Part shown: positions 14,601-28,400 of the stretch, piece after piece | Layout of the letters: the number at the start of each line of letters is the position of its first letter | Numbering within the stretch: the first letter of the stretch is position 1 | Assembly: GCF_006345805.1 (NCBI RefSeq) | Contig: NC_043001.1 | Coordinates: 52,452,001 to 52,516,000 of the forward strand | DNA from: Octopus sinensis | Taxonomy: Eukaryota | Direction of reading: 5' to 3' | DNA length: 64,000 nt | Notes under the pieces: generated by a model | Databases searched by the model: none | What the model saw: only the letters and a program-made list of their open reading frames with translations | What the model was told of the DNA's origin: nothing | Made by a program: the position numbers and the translations under genes

Positions 14601-14756
14601 TTTATGAATGGAATGCTAGATAATGTAGAAACTTGCAAGAGAAACGCAAAGCTTCTTGAAAAATTAAGAATCATGTCTCATGACACAAAGGGAGGCTACT
14701 CTATAATCATATTCTTGCAAAGGGAGATCCTCCAACTAACTATCTACCGCTACACA
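11636..14756 (-). mobile_element. non-autonomous Gypsy-type LTR retroelement, LTRs 14263-14756 (5') and 11636-12143 (3')
   Basis: ~500-bp diverged direct repeats. On the minus strand the LTR starts TGTGTAGC and ends ACAACA, with a tRNA-Trp PBS next to the 5' LTR. Candidate TSD (ca)aata / (ca)agta. Only weak gag-like remnants inside (~13450-13900). Confidence 0.85.
14221..14257 (-). promoter_or_regulatory. duplicated primer-binding site complementary to the tRNA-Trp 3' end
   Basis: Plus strand has tgacgtcggaggtcacca (14221-14238) and tcacatcagggtcacca (14241-14257), both close to the tRNA-Trp 3' end tcacgtcggggtcacca. Confidence 0.8.
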
Positions 14757-14772
14757 AGTAAAAGAATAAAAG

Positions 14773-14820
<48 letters not shown>

Positions 14821-14821
14821 G

Positions 14822-14823
14822 AG

Positions 14824-14865
<42 letters not shown>

Positions 14866-14885
14866 CTAGATAGATAGATAGATAC

Positions 14886-14942
<57 letters not shown>

Positions 14943-14943
14943 C

Positions 14944-15027
<84 letters not shown>
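14822..15027. repeat. (GATA)n microsatellite
   Basis: Directly visible. Confidence 0.98.
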
Positions 15028-15226
15028 GCTACGATATACGGATTCAAGAAATCTGGTAGAATACATAAAACAACTCCTTAGTTTGTTATTGTATAAACCA
15101 TATAGAGTGTATAGCATTATACATGAGAAAAGAATGATGAGAATATATAAATATATAAATGCTGGAGAAATATTATGAGGAACTTTCGAGGTGTATTGAA
15201 GTCGAGATTGTGTATTTAGCAATCAA

Positions 15227-17916
15227 TCCATTTAATCCTAGCGGATTATAACAACGACAGGAACAGTAATTTTCATGGAACATGTCTTGAACATGTTAGG
15301 AATGGTTCTTGCCTGAATATACGATGCAACAGTTCAGATGTGTGACCTTGGGAGAGTGAGCATGTGTGTTTGCTAATGTGAAAAACATCCCCTGCGGAGA
15401 TGATTTCTCTATTCAAGAGAGTTACTATTTGTCTGTTCATTCGGGAATATGGCCAAAATAGCTTGTTTTATTAGAATAATATCTAAATACTTCGGTAGAG
15501 ATAGGAACAAATGAAAATAATCCATATCTATTGCAGTGACGTTTATCTTGTTAAATTATTTTACGGTGCCATATAGTACCGCAAGAAATACACAGTACGT
15601 GTTATTTCCTATATTTTTAGTCTTTTTTCTTGGTGCATGAACTTTGAACAGTTGAAGCATAGTTTTGTCTAACTATTCGTGTTATTACCTCCGCCAAGGA
15701 TGTTATGTTTTGCCGGCGTTGGTTTGTCCGGCTGACTGTCTGTTTGTTTGTTTGTTAGCAACATAACTCAAACAGTTAAATGTGGGTTTTGATGGAATTT
15801 TCAGGAAATGTTCAGAATACGACAAGTAACATAGGGTTAGATTTTGGAGGGGATCCGGTGTAAACCAAACTATGCGGGTGGGTAAGGGCCTACTGCTTGG
15901 TGGAGGTTTGCCCTTTCCGAGTGCTAAAGTTCTAGTTTTTCACTACTGGGTATTTTTTTCAGGAAACGTGAACTGTCTTTGAATGAAATTTTGAGTATTC
16001 TTGAAGTGAAAGATGACGGCCCATATGATATTTTCATTTAACCCCCGTAGGATACTGACCTGACAGGTGAGGATTCGGGAAAGAAGATTAAAATTGGCAC
16101 CATTCAGACACACTTATCATCTCTCAGGCAACTGCGCGCCCCAGCAGAATTGCAATCACCAAGTACGAAACACACAAAATAAATAAATAAATAAAACGAA
16201 GAGACGCAGAAAGTTCTGCTGAAATTGAACAAACTTCAGTTGCAGGAAACAAAAGAACAAAATGCCAAATCACTTGGGAAAAGGCCCAAATACAAGTGGT
16301 GCCCTCCATTTCTCCTGAGTGTAACTATTCCAAATACAGCAATTTCAGTGAAGTGGAATTATTTGAGCTATTTTATGACGATGATGTAATTGAGCACTCA
16401 ATGAAAGAAATGACAAAATACTGGTTAAAAAGGAAGTGGACTGATAAAAAATGTATCCTTGAATGAATTCAAAGTGTTTCTTTCAATTCTCATAGTTTCA
16501 GGATATAATCAATTACCTCGTTGCCATGTGTTTTGGTCATATACATCGGATACGTTCAATGAAGCTATCAGTATTTTATGACTTCAATGCAGCAGATGAT
16601 ATCAATATAAGTGATAATTTGAAAAACTCAGACCGCTCATATCTCATTTACAAAGGAAATTTATGGGACAGATTGTTCCAGCACCAAGTATCTTACATGA
16701 TGAATCAATGCCGGATCCCTATCAATGGAAGACCCAGTGTGGAAAGTGATCATCAACAGTACTTCCTTTACTGGATTCCTATAACGATGAGAAAAACACC
16801 TTCCTTATCATGTATATTTTGTAACTTGTTCACAGCAGTGCCAGTTCTAAATCAACTCAAAGCTTTGGGATGTAATGGTACTGGTACATCGAGAACAATT
16901 AGATTAGATGCTGCATGTCCTATTTTTCTCTACGCTGCTTTGATAAAAAAAGAACGGAGTTTTTCAGAGACTGTCACCAGAGTCATGGAATCTAATGATA
17001 TAAAAATCACCAGATGGCAGGATAACGCTGTTGTGACAGTGGGATCCACCATTCGTGAGAAAAACCCTGTTAACAAAGTCAAGCGCTGATCTAAGGAGAA
17101 GTCAAAACATATAGCGGTACCAATTCCTCACGCAGTTTATAATTACAATAATATGGAAGGAACCTATCAGTTGGACCAAAACATCAACGCGTATCGCATT
17201 GGTATACGTGGGAAAAATGGTGGTGGAGTCTTTTCACTTGGACTGTAGATGTCTTCATTCAAAATATTTGGATTTTAGCACGTGGAAAGGGTTCTGCATT
17301 AGATCAACTGGACGAACAGTTGCCATGTCATACTTGCGAAGATTTCAGGTTCAGCCAAAAAGTACGGTAAAAAAAAAGGAAATCAAATCCCGGAGATTCT
17401 GATATGCAATACGATGGTTCTGAACACTATGAGCAACCAATAGCTGGGAACAAGTGACACACAATGTCAGGGACAATTTTGTAAATCACAAACTCGAGCT
17501 GAATGTGAAAAATGTGATGCGATATTATGTATCACGTGTTTTGCAGTTTATCATAAAATAATCTGCTACAGTTTTGACTAACTCACAGTATATTAATTAT
17601 ATGATAAAGGAGCATATTTTAAATAATAATTACCATCAAATGCATCATATTGCCGTTTTTGTTATTTTCACTGCTATAAAAGAGGAACATATTATACATT
17701 TGATTACTGAACAAAAAGTAAGTAATTACCACAGTTGTAGCTTTGTACCATTATTATCCTAGCAGGGCCATATGGCACCTGGTTTTATATAAGAATATAT
17801 TTTGAATTTTACATTTCTGGCTTCAGAACAATGTAATCGGGGTTTAAACTAACCCATAAAAAAGTTTCAGTAAAATCAGAAAAAGAAAGAAGATATTCTC
17901 ACAACAAATGGGTTAA
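15227..17916 (+). mobile_element. degenerate piggyBac (PGBD2/3-like) transposon
   Basis: DIFI*PP..LTGEDSG; FELFYDDDVIE; SGYNQLP; GTGTSR..RWQDNAVVTVGS; DQNINAYRIGIRGKKWWW; C-terminal CEKCDAILCITCFAVYH. Right end ..aaatGGG|TTAA. Left end is degenerate (tcaa|tccattt). Confidence 0.88.
15682..15937 (+). mobile_element. Helentron-associated non-autonomous element (HINE/DINE-1-like) nested in the piggyBac
   Basis: Sub-terminal inverted repeats cctccgccaag / cttggtggagg, a (TGTY)n tract near the 5' end, a short 3' hairpin remnant, end CTAG followed by a T run. Confidence 0.75.
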
Positions 17917-18202
17917 CTTTTTTCACTTGATAAAGTAGCCGAAATACTGCATTATCTTCAATGAACTTTTCGTATTTCACATTAATGGAGACAAGTAAGT
18001 AACTTATTTATTATTAAAGACGATACTATGAGATTATTTGCACGTTTTTTTTTTTGGACTACTGAAACAAATTTATCTTGCTCTTTTGATGTTTATTTTT
18101 ATGATATTTGTCCCTCATTTGTATCTACCTACCTACCTACCTACCTACCTACCTACCTACCTACCTACCTACCTATCTATCTATCTATCTATCTATCTAT
18201 AT

Positions 18203-18255
<53 letters not shown>

Positions 18256-18574
18256 ACCTCTGTCTTTCTCTCTATATGTGTGTGTATGTGTTTTCCTGTG
18301 TATATGAGTGTGTGTGAACTTCTCAATATATGTCTACATGTATCATAATATGTATATGTGAGTGTGGCTAGTTTTTGCATGTGTGTATGTTTGTAATTAA
18401 ACCCTCCCTATGTACACAGTGAATAACAAACTCTAAAATCTCAGTGAGAAAATCCCTTTTATGTGAAAAACTCCTGCCAGAGTCACTTTTGTAGACACCT
18501 TGACTTAAGTTGAAAATTATCAGAAAAGCTATTTCTATTCATTGTTTCAAATACACACACACAAATACGTACAA

Positions 18575-18597
18575 ACACACACACATACAACAAATAC

Positions 18598-18628
<31 letters not shown>

Positions 18629-18823
18629 TGTATGTATGTATGTATGTATGTATGTATGTATGTATGTATGTATGTATGCATGATATCGGAAACCGCTGAT
18701 TAATAATTCTAGGCAGATACCTTGTGACTCTCGCTGCCGAAGCGAACTTCATTGTATCAGAGAATCAAATACCAATAGGTCAAGACGTAATTAATATTCA
18801 CGACATATATACTACAAATGGCA

Positions 18824-18893
<70 letters not shown>

Positions 18894-19289
18894 GTAGTGC
18901 CGCTGCTGTCCCTCCTACCACCATCTGCTTGCTACTAGATATATTGATAGAGCATCACTACCAACTAGCAACAAGGACACGAAATACTGTAACATGTTAT
19001 TTTTAGAAGAAAAATATGCGAAATTTTTCTCATTTCATTCCATCATGAAGATGTTAACTTAAACGACTAAAATCGTGACATATTTTCTTTCTATCTTCCA
19101 TGATAATCTTCCCTAAGCGTAATTTGTCTTCTTTTTTTTATTTCGATACTAACTGACCACGAGCCAGCAATAATGACGGCTAATTGTAGTATTTCATATA
19201 TAAATAAGATACGAAATTAGGAACATAATAATCACACATACAAACATTCCCATACTTCGCTTGTACACGCACACACATACAACAAATAC

Positions 19290-19320
<31 letters not shown>

Positions 19321-19511
19321 TGTATGTATGTATGTATGTATGTATGTATGTATGCATGTATGTATGCATGATATCGGAAACCGCTGATTAATAATTCTAG
19401 GCAGATACCTTGTGGCTCTCGCTGCCGAAGCGAACTTCATTGTATCAGAGAATCAAATACCAATAGGTCAAGACGTAATTAATATTCACGACATATATAC
19501 TACAAATGGCA

Positions 19512-19589
<78 letters not shown>

Positions 19590-20630
19590 GTAGTGCCGCT
19601 GCTGTCCCTCCTACCACCATCTGCTTGCTACTAGATATATTGATAGAGCATCACTACCAACTAGCAACAAGGACACGAAATACTGTAACATGTTATTTTT
19701 AGAAGAAAAATATGCGAAATTTTTCTCATTTCATTCCATCATGAAGATGTTAACTTAAACGACTAAAATCGTGACATATTTTCTTTCTATCTTCCATGAT
19801 AATCTTCCCTAAGCGTAATTTGTCTTCTTTTTTTTATTTCGATACTAACTGACCACGAGCCAGCAATAATGACGGCTAATTGTAGTATTTCATATATAAA
19901 TAAGATACGAAATTAGGAACATAATAATCACACATACAAACATTCCCATACTTCGCTTGTACACGCACACACATACAACAATACATATGTATGTATGTAT
20001 GTATGTATTATGTATGTATGTATGTAGTATGTATGTATGTATGTATGCATGTATGTATGCATGATATCGGAAACCGCTGATTAATAATTCTAGGCAGATA
20101 CCTTGTGGCTCTCGCTGCCGAAGCGAACTTCATTGTATCAGAGAATCAGATACCAATAGGTCAAGACGTAATTAATATTCACGACATATATACTACAAAT
20201 GGCATACTACTACTACTGCTACTACTACTACTACTACTACTATAGTGCCGCTGCTGTCCCTCCTACCACCATCTGCTTGCTACTAGATATATTGATAGAG
20301 CATCACTACCAACTAGCAACAAGGACACGAAATACTGTAACATGTTATTTTTAGAAGAAAAATATGCGAAATTTTTCTCATTTCATTCCATCATGAAGAT
20401 GTTAACTTAAACGACTAAAATCGTGACATATTTTCTTTCTATCTTCCATGATAATCTTCCCTAAGCGTATTTTGTCTTCTTTTTTTTATTTCGATACTAA
20501 CTGACCACGTGCCATCAATAATGAGGGCTAATTATAGTTTTTCATATATAAATAAGATACGAAATAAGGAACATAATAATCACACATACAAACTTTCCCA
20601 TACTTCCCTTGTACACGCACACACATACAC
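18575..20630. repeat. tandem triplication of a ~690-bp unit containing (TATG)n and (TAC)n
   Basis: gcatgatatcggaaaccgctg recurs at 18678, 19366 and 20059. The unique parts are nearly identical. Confidence 0.96.
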
Positions 20631-20679
20631 ACATATACTCACACAGAGTTGAAACGCTGATTTGTCTCACCTCTTCCTT

Positions 20680-21330
20680 CTCCTATTAGAAAGGGACCAC
20701 AGAATCAATTTAATCCTCCAAACGAACGCCATCATAAAGAGCAAAAGACAACCGAAATCTATGAAAAGTCTCCTAACACACGCCCAAGTACACTCGACAA
20801 CAACACTGAAGCCGTCAGTAAAATAATGCGGAAGATCTAACTATGGTATATGCGTCAACCTAACTGAGGGATCGGAGTTCTCTGTCAAACAAGGTCAACG
20901 TTTTTCAGTGAAAAACAACTTCACATTAGCGTCGGTGAACCTAATATATGTATTAACTTACTCTGGGTGTCGGAAGCAATACATAGGCCAAACCAAAAAC
21001 AGTCTAAATCAAAGAATGGCTCTACATAGACCCCAGAACAAAATTCGGAAATACAGGGAAAATAGCATTCAGCGAACACGTCGACATTTGCGCCTCTAAC
21101 GAACAACCCAAATTCAAAATTTTCCCCTCTATAAATTCAGGGGCGATGCAAACTGTAGTCAGCGCATTAGCAAAGAGTCATATTTTATCACAAAATATAA
21201 ACCCCTTTAGAATGCGTACACAAATATTAAAAACAATGTATTCAGACAGTCACTACCCATGAATTTATTCAAAACAATTCCAATCATTATTATTCCAATC
21301 ACGATAGGTCACTTTTAGGTCATTTGACCA
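20680..21330 (+). mobile_element. Penelope-like GIY-YIG endonuclease fragment (Neptune-like)
   Basis: NLIYVLTYSGCRKQYIGQTKNSLNQRMALHR, preceded by a degenerate Cys motif (CGRSNYGIC) and followed by SEHVDICA. Confidence 0.85.
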
Positions 21331-21381
21331 TTTAAGACAATTCCACCAACATCCTACTACTGCCATATAAATCCCGCATTT

Positions 21382-21510
21382 TTCTTCTTCTTCTTCTTCT
21401 TCTTCTTCTTCTTCTTCTTCTTCTTCTTCTTCTTCTTCTTCTTCTTCTTCTTCTTCTTCTTCTTCTTCTTCTTCTTCTTCTTCTTCTTCTTTTTCTTCTT
21501 CTTCTTCTTC
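21382..21510. repeat. (TTC)n microsatellite
   Basis: Directly visible. Confidence 0.98.
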
Positions 21511-21544
21511 GCCTCCTTTCTCGACTACTATAGCTGCTTGAACA

Positions 21545-22152
21545 ATGAAAAGTCAGTTGATTCAGTCCTTGATGAAAATCATGCTGTCCATTATACAACA
21601 GAGTTCCTTAATTATCATGAACCACCTGGTATTCCTCCATATTAACTTTTTCTAAAGGTAGGAGTCCTAATAATTCCTCTAAGGAATTTAGATCCTCCTT
21701 GATTATGCAATGCAACAACGTGGATTGTAAAGACATTACCACCTAATATGATAGAAGCTTTCATTATCACTGGATACGCCTCTGGGGAAGGGGTTTTCTT
21801 TGCAAGAATTCCAATCAAACAAACATGCCATTTAATTTCAAACGAACACAATTAACAGTGTGACTTTGCTTCGCAATGTCTATTAATAAAGCTCAATGTC
21901 AGAGTTTGAAATCTACTGGCTAGCATTGAATTAAGCCTTGCTTTACTCAAAGTCAAATTTATGTTGGTTGCTCCAGGGTTGGTAGTTTGCAAATTTATTT
22001 GTCTATGTACCAAACCAGAAAACAAAGAATAGTGTTTACACAGAAGCTTTTGCGTAATTTCCTTCAACAGGTGCTAGAATTTATCTCCATTCATAAAAAA
22101 TGGTTAATTTGTATTTTCGTTCTTCGTCGTCATCATCATCATCATCATCATC

Positions 22153-22199
<47 letters not shown>

Positions 22200-22348
22200 G
22201 AAGAAGAAGAAGAAGAAAAATAATAATGATAATAATAATAATAATTCAGAATTCATTTCCCAGGGAATAAATTGAATTTTGAATAGGAAATTTCTATACA
22301 ACGTATTTTTGAACAATCTCCCCGAGCAACGCCGGTGCCTCTGCTTGT
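21545..22348 (+). mobile_element. Helitron 3' fragment: PIF1-like helicase C-terminus and 3' terminus
   Basis: HYTTEFLN..PPGIP, LKVG..LRNLDPP*LCNAT, FAMSINKAQCQSL, QIYVGCSRVG, TKNSVYTEA. End ccgagcaacgccgg hairpin plus degenerate CTRG at ~22321-22348. Confidence 0.9.
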
Positions 22349-23818
22349 GTGTGTGTGTGTGTCATTCTTATAACGGTGAATACATACAGGTGGTGCACTT
22401 ATCAGATTACTAAGCTAGTCGTTTGGATTAACCTGCAAGTGAATTACTGCAGTTCAATGAGATGACTTATGGAAACTATTCAATAGTTTCAGATATTGAC
22501 GAAAGGGTAAGGTTGATTTATTGAGAAATATATTATCAGTTTTACCATAAATTGCAGCCGTATTATGCATCAGGATTGTTTCGAGTTGCTCAAAACTTCT
22601 TTCAGTTAATATGGATATTTCTAGAAAGTAATTGCTAGATGTAAACGTTACGATAAATTTAAACTGTGTTCAGTATAATAAGAAACGATATACGATAAAT
22701 CATTACTGATTGCTTCTAAAATATCCTGGATATTTGCTTTCTTTGATTCAGCACCAATCCGACTGTATGCAACAGCTGTATTGTGAACCTTGTACATGGT
22801 TCTCTGCAAAATGCTAGCAAAAGATATATTTATTCCACATTACTTTTGATATATTTTCATTATTACATCTGATAACAAGATTTTAAATTACATATTGCAA
22901 TTCTTCAGAAAATAAGATTAGAGAAACAAAAAAAAGGCCAAAGAAGGATTTGAATTCAATAATTTTTATTAAAACAAAATATTCTGATAGAACTCATATT
23001 TCTCGAATATTATTATTTCATTCATACTGTATTTTTATTTCGAAAGATAATTACATAAAAAAAATATACATATTTTGTCGCCATAATTATTCTGTACATA
23101 AGTACCTCTCTTGCATGTAGCAGAATATTAAGTCAATACATAAACATAATTTTTTCACTCTTGTATTTTCTTGACATAAACGGACATATGCCGACTGTTA
23201 TCACTTCAAACAATGGTAAACACGAAGTAGTGACTGCAGGCATGTAAATCTGATTACGAAGTTCGAATGTCCATCCGGATTTTCCTTGTTTCACTCTACT
23301 GTACAACAAAGAGGGCAAACATTCTATCACCAGCTTCTAGTAAACACAATTGTTATAAATTAAAATTGAATAAACTGAAGCATTTTCGTGTCATTGTATT
23401 GAATCCTTTCTAAACAGTTGACTGTTTTTGGTTCGATTCTGGACGTTTTCATGCCAACCATCTATATCAATATCACAATCCGTCTCTTGGTTGCCTTTAA
23501 CATTACAAACTATATTCCAAGTATTCTGATCAGGTATTCGATCTGACAATATCAAAAGCTTCAGAAAACCGTAATTTGTTCTCCACAGTGAATGTCCTAT
23601 AAATGTAATAGATACTATCTTCAGAACTCTGAGAAAGGCATGACACAAATACCAATAACTAAACAATATAGTTTCCTTCAGACTAAACTAAACTTCTCAA
23701 TAAATATATGCAGATGTAGAAGTATTACCTCTGCGGTCGTAATAAACGCTGAATACAGTTTGTAGATTTCGTACAAGTAAAATTTGGAACGTTCATTTTT
23801 AATGTTAAAATAATAAAC

Positions 23819-24300
23819 AGGCGTGGCGGTTTGGGAAGAAACTTGTTTCTCAACCACAAGTTTCTCAGATCATTCTCTTTGCATGGCATCTTTGGCATGT
23901 GTCTTCTACTATAGCCTCAGGCCGGCCGACAGAAATTCGGAGTAGACGGAAACTGAGTCATTGACCTTCGTACACGCGTGCGCACGCGCGCACACACACA
24001 CACACACACACATACATATGATGGTTTCTCCCGTCGTTCTCAGCTTCTGCTGAATGCTCTGCATAAATGATTTGTTTATAGTGACCGAATTTTCATGTCG
24101 CATATTACCTAACTCTCTCTGTCAAATCAATGTTGTCTGAAGAGGTTCACGGTATACCACACGTCAGGTATCGATGTGATCGCAGAGCAACTTGAGCTGA
24201 AGTGTTTTGCTCAAGAATAAAACTCACCACCTGACTTAGGAATTGAAATCACGATCTGGCAATCATGAGTGCAACACCCTAAGGACTAAGCCACGTCCCG
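23819..24300. mobile_element. cluster of SINE fragments (family A 5' part on +; family B on -)
   Basis: 23819-23975 resembles 62159-62320. 24140-24300 contains gaagtgttttgctcaaga and a reverse tRNA-like head, like 56230-56480. Confidence 0.7.
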
Positions 24301-24328
24301 TCATATATTATATATATATATGTGTATA

Positions 24329-24926
24329 CTAGCAGTATAACCCGGCTTTGCCCGGGATTAAGTTAGGATTATTAACCTAATCAAGTTCTTTGTTTCAAAC
24401 CAAACTAAGTAACATAGACGTCAAATTTGGACGGAATCCGTTGAAATTGGTTAATCCCACAAGGAATCGTTTTATCGATTTTTTCCACTCATTGATGTTT
24501 TTTTCCGTTTTTAGAGCACTTAAAGTATTCAAAGATCCCATGAGTCCTAAATAATGCCGGCATCAAGTTTGAACAAAATACATCAAAATTGGTAAAAGTT
24601 ATGGTTGAAAATGGGGTGTAGCCATTTTTAGTGGGAAATCCTATAAGGAATAGGTTTATCGATTTTTTAAAATCCTGATTAAATGGAAAACCCCATTGAT
24701 TTTTCACCCCAAATAGAACTTAACCGAACACAATATCAGTGATTCGAAAACATCTATATTTATAATTTAAAGTTGGTTTTCACACCCAACCCAGTTCTGC
24801 AGAATCAGTGTTGCGACGGAAGCACATGGGTTGGGAACCCTTCCAGGAAGGAAGATAGAATGTCTAAAAGGGCTCCCGGTCCGCTGTGTCAGAAGCGGTT
24901 ATGTTCAGATCACAATTACGTCTTAA

Positions 24927-25018
<92 letters not shown>

Positions 25019-25291
25019 GGGCAACACACACACACACACGCATGTACGTACAATTATTGCATAAATGCTTTTTGTACGCATACATGTTCGCATACATTGT
25101 TAAAAGTTTCGGTTGAAAATTTATTTTTACTGATATTCGGTGGTGCTTCTGGGGAAACTAAGTTGACGAAAATACAGCTAGGATGATGACGAATGTCCTC
25201 CTAAAATTGGAGCGACATGCGTGGTAATTTGTGAACGTGCATAAATTATATTCACGTACACATACACATATCCTGCCTTTTATATACACAG

Positions 25292-25292
<1 letters not shown>
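24329..25292 (-). mobile_element. non-autonomous Helitron
   Basis: On the minus strand it starts TCtgtgtatataaaagg and ends cccgggcaaagccggg hairpin + ttatactgCTAG, flanked A|T. Confidence 0.7.
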
Positions 25293-25323
<31 letters not shown>

Positions 25324-25437
25324 GGGTGTGTGTGTGTGTATGTATAGGTATATATATATATAAATCCTTAAATCCTTAAAAATGTTTTAGCCCGAAGGCC
25401 GCGGCCATGCTGGGGCACCACCGCTGAATGAGCTACA

Positions 25438-28400
25438 CTAGTTTGTGAATCCACCTCTGATACGTGACACTTGATCAACAAGGGAGTTCGATGCTGCTGC
25501 CCGCATCCGTGTCTCCTGTCGTGAGGTAGGTTCATCTGGGACTCCCAACAAGAAGAGATCCAGTTTAGTTTTAAAGAAACCCACATCCACACCATGTAAG
25601 TCTCTCAGGCATTTAGGGAGGATGTTAAAGAGCTGTGGTCCTCTGAAACCCAAGCTGTTGCAGTATCTGGACCTGTATTTTGATGGTGATGTTGGAATCC
25701 TTGGCACCACGCAGCGGCGCCCCGTTCTGCGGTTGGAGTAACTTTGAATGCCAAAGTTTGGGACAAGACCCTCCAGGATTTTCCAGATGTATATCACTGC
25801 ATATCTCTCCCGCCTCCGCTCCAGGGAGAAGAGGTTTAATACCTTCAGTCTTTCCAGTAGCTGACATTTTGCATTGAGACGATTTTCTTTGTGTAGCTTC
25901 TCTGAGTTGCTTCGAGTTCTGCTGTTTGTTTTATATTGTGTGGTGACCAAAGTTGGGAGCAGTAGTCCAAGCGGCTGAGGACAAATGTTTTCCATAGGAC
26001 CATCAGTGTCTCCTTCTCTCTTGTTCTGAAAGTTCGGAGAATCCATCCAGCTAGCCGTCTGCATTTTATCACCAGATTAGCAATATGCATTTGGAAAGAT
26101 GCATCATTGCTCATGTCAATGCCCAGGTCACGCACTGATTTTGACTCAGGTATTGCAATTCTTCCTGGGCCAGTGTATCCAGTCTTCACGTCATTTACCT
26201 TTGTGTGCCAGTAGGGCAGGGCCTGGAACTTACCTGCATTGAACTGCATGTTGTTGTCCTCCTCCCACCTGTATATTGTGTCCAGCTCATGTTGCAGATG
26301 CGCAATATTTTCAGGGTTTTGTATTGCGTGGGAGACTTTTGCGTTATCTGCATAGGTAGCAAGGGTGGTCATCGTAGCAACTGAAGGCATGTCTGAAAGG
26401 GCCACTATGAACATCAGTGGCCCCAAGACAGTGCCCTGTGGGACACCGCTTGTTATTTGCGTTTCCCTGGAGGTGGCTCCATTGCTCACAACTGCCTGTT
26501 TTCTGTCTTTTAGGAAGTTGTGCAGCCACTCTCCAAGTTTCCCGCCTATGCCGAGACCACGCAGTTTGTGACAGATCATACCATGGTCGACTTTATCAAA
26601 GGCTTTTGCAAAGTCAAGATATATTACATCCACATTTGAGCCATTTAGTAGCTGTTTCAACACCCAGTCATAGTGTTGCAGGAGCTGTGTTAGGCAGCCT
26701 CTACCTGGTCGAAATCCATGCTGGGTGTCAGACAGTAAGTCATTTTCTTCAAGGAACATGATTAGCTTCTTACGGACTATTCGTTCCATGACTTTGCTGA
26801 TGTGTGAGGTCAGAGTGATAGGCCTATAATTTTTAGCATCTGCTCTGCTACCTCCCTTATGGATAGGGCATATTACCCCCTCTTTCAGTTTGACTGGGAG
26901 CTTACCACTTGCAAGAAAGCTCTGAAAAAGAAGCTGTATCGGTTTTGCAAGGGCTCGTTTGCACGATTTGAGAAGGATCGCTGGGAATCCATCAGGTCCA
27001 GCAGCTGAGTTTGTGTCAATCTCATCAATGGCTAGTGTGATATCATCTTCTTCGATGTTGATGTACTCAATTTTTGTCTCTTTGGCCGCTGGTAAAGTGG
27101 CAAAGAATTCTTCTGGGTTGTTTACTTGCCTGTGTCCTAGAGGTGTAGTGAACACACTTTGGAACTGTTCGTTCAGTATTTCACTTATCCTCGTGGGATT
27201 TCCTGTGAGAGAGCCATCTTTTTGGAAGAGAGGTCCTATTCTCTGGTGCACTGTGGCTGTCTCTTTGGCAAACTTAAAGAAAGCTTTAGGGTTTGATTTT
27301 ATATTTTCTATTACCCAAGCTTCTTTATCTGCTCTCTCCTTTTCATGGGACTGATGTAGACTTTTCTCAGTTTCCATTAGCATTCTTTCGAGCCGAGACT
27401 TCTCACCACTTTTGGTGTGCTTGCTCAGGCGGTTTGCAATCCTTGTCCTTCGTCTCATAAGAATCCTCCTTTCTCTAGGAATCCTGTTTTTGTTCTTGTG
27501 TGTGCTGGCCCTGCACATTGGGACATATTTGTCACATATGGCTTGTATTATGGACATGAAGTGTTTGTGTTTCATGTTTATGTCCGGTGTGGAGAGACAT
27601 TCAGGCCAATCCTGTTTGAGGATCTCTTTCTCAATCGACTTCCAGTTGGCTTTATGAAAGTTTAAGTTGGAGAGATGGTGGGTGCTTCGTATAGGCTGTG
27701 TGTCTGCGGGGGCTTTTGTTCCATACATAGACAGCTCTATTATGTTGTGATCAGAGATCATTGTCGGCATCACATTAACATTATGGATAATATCATATTG
27801 TTTGTGAAGCAGAGATCCAGTATATTATCTGCCCTTGTTGGTTGCAGAACTATTTGCTCCATGAAAGAGGCATTTGTGAGATGTGAGATGGAGCAGGGAC
27901 TCCACCTGTGCCTGCTGATGGTGTGTCATCCCTGGGAGCATCTGCCCCCCAGGCCATTCCACATTGGGGAGGTTAAAGTCACCCATGAAGAATACACTGT
28001 TGTGCTGTTCAAGGTTGGTGAGGACTTCTCCTATTTTTGTTAGGCAGTCTTCAAACATGCCTGAGTGTTTTGGGGCATCTGGTGGGCGATATGTAGTGCA
28101 TATGACGATATTCAGTTGTCTTATGTGTACAATTTGAGTTTCACATACTGAGTTTGAATATGACAGCAGGACCTGGGGCGTGAGGTCATCTCGGATGTAC
28201 ATTGCAACTCCACCATGGCTCCTCCCTTTTCTATCTGTGCGTATGACTGCATATTGCGGCATGTGTATTTCTGCATCACCTATATCGGGTTCAAGATGCG
28301 TTTCTGTGAGTGCCATGCATATAGCTTGATTGCATGTCACAAGGTCTCTCAGGAATGAAATTTTCTTTTTACAGTTTCCGCGCAGCAGCCCTCCTACATT

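Noticed and set aside
18575-20630. Regularly spaced repeats as a possible CRISPR array
   Set aside because: Whole ~690-bp units are duplicated, there are no unique spacers or cas genes, and the context is eukaryotic.
22390-22507. Plus-strand exon candidate (cag|GTGG..AAGG|gtaagg)
   Set aside because: Stops in all three frames and no supporting neighbours.
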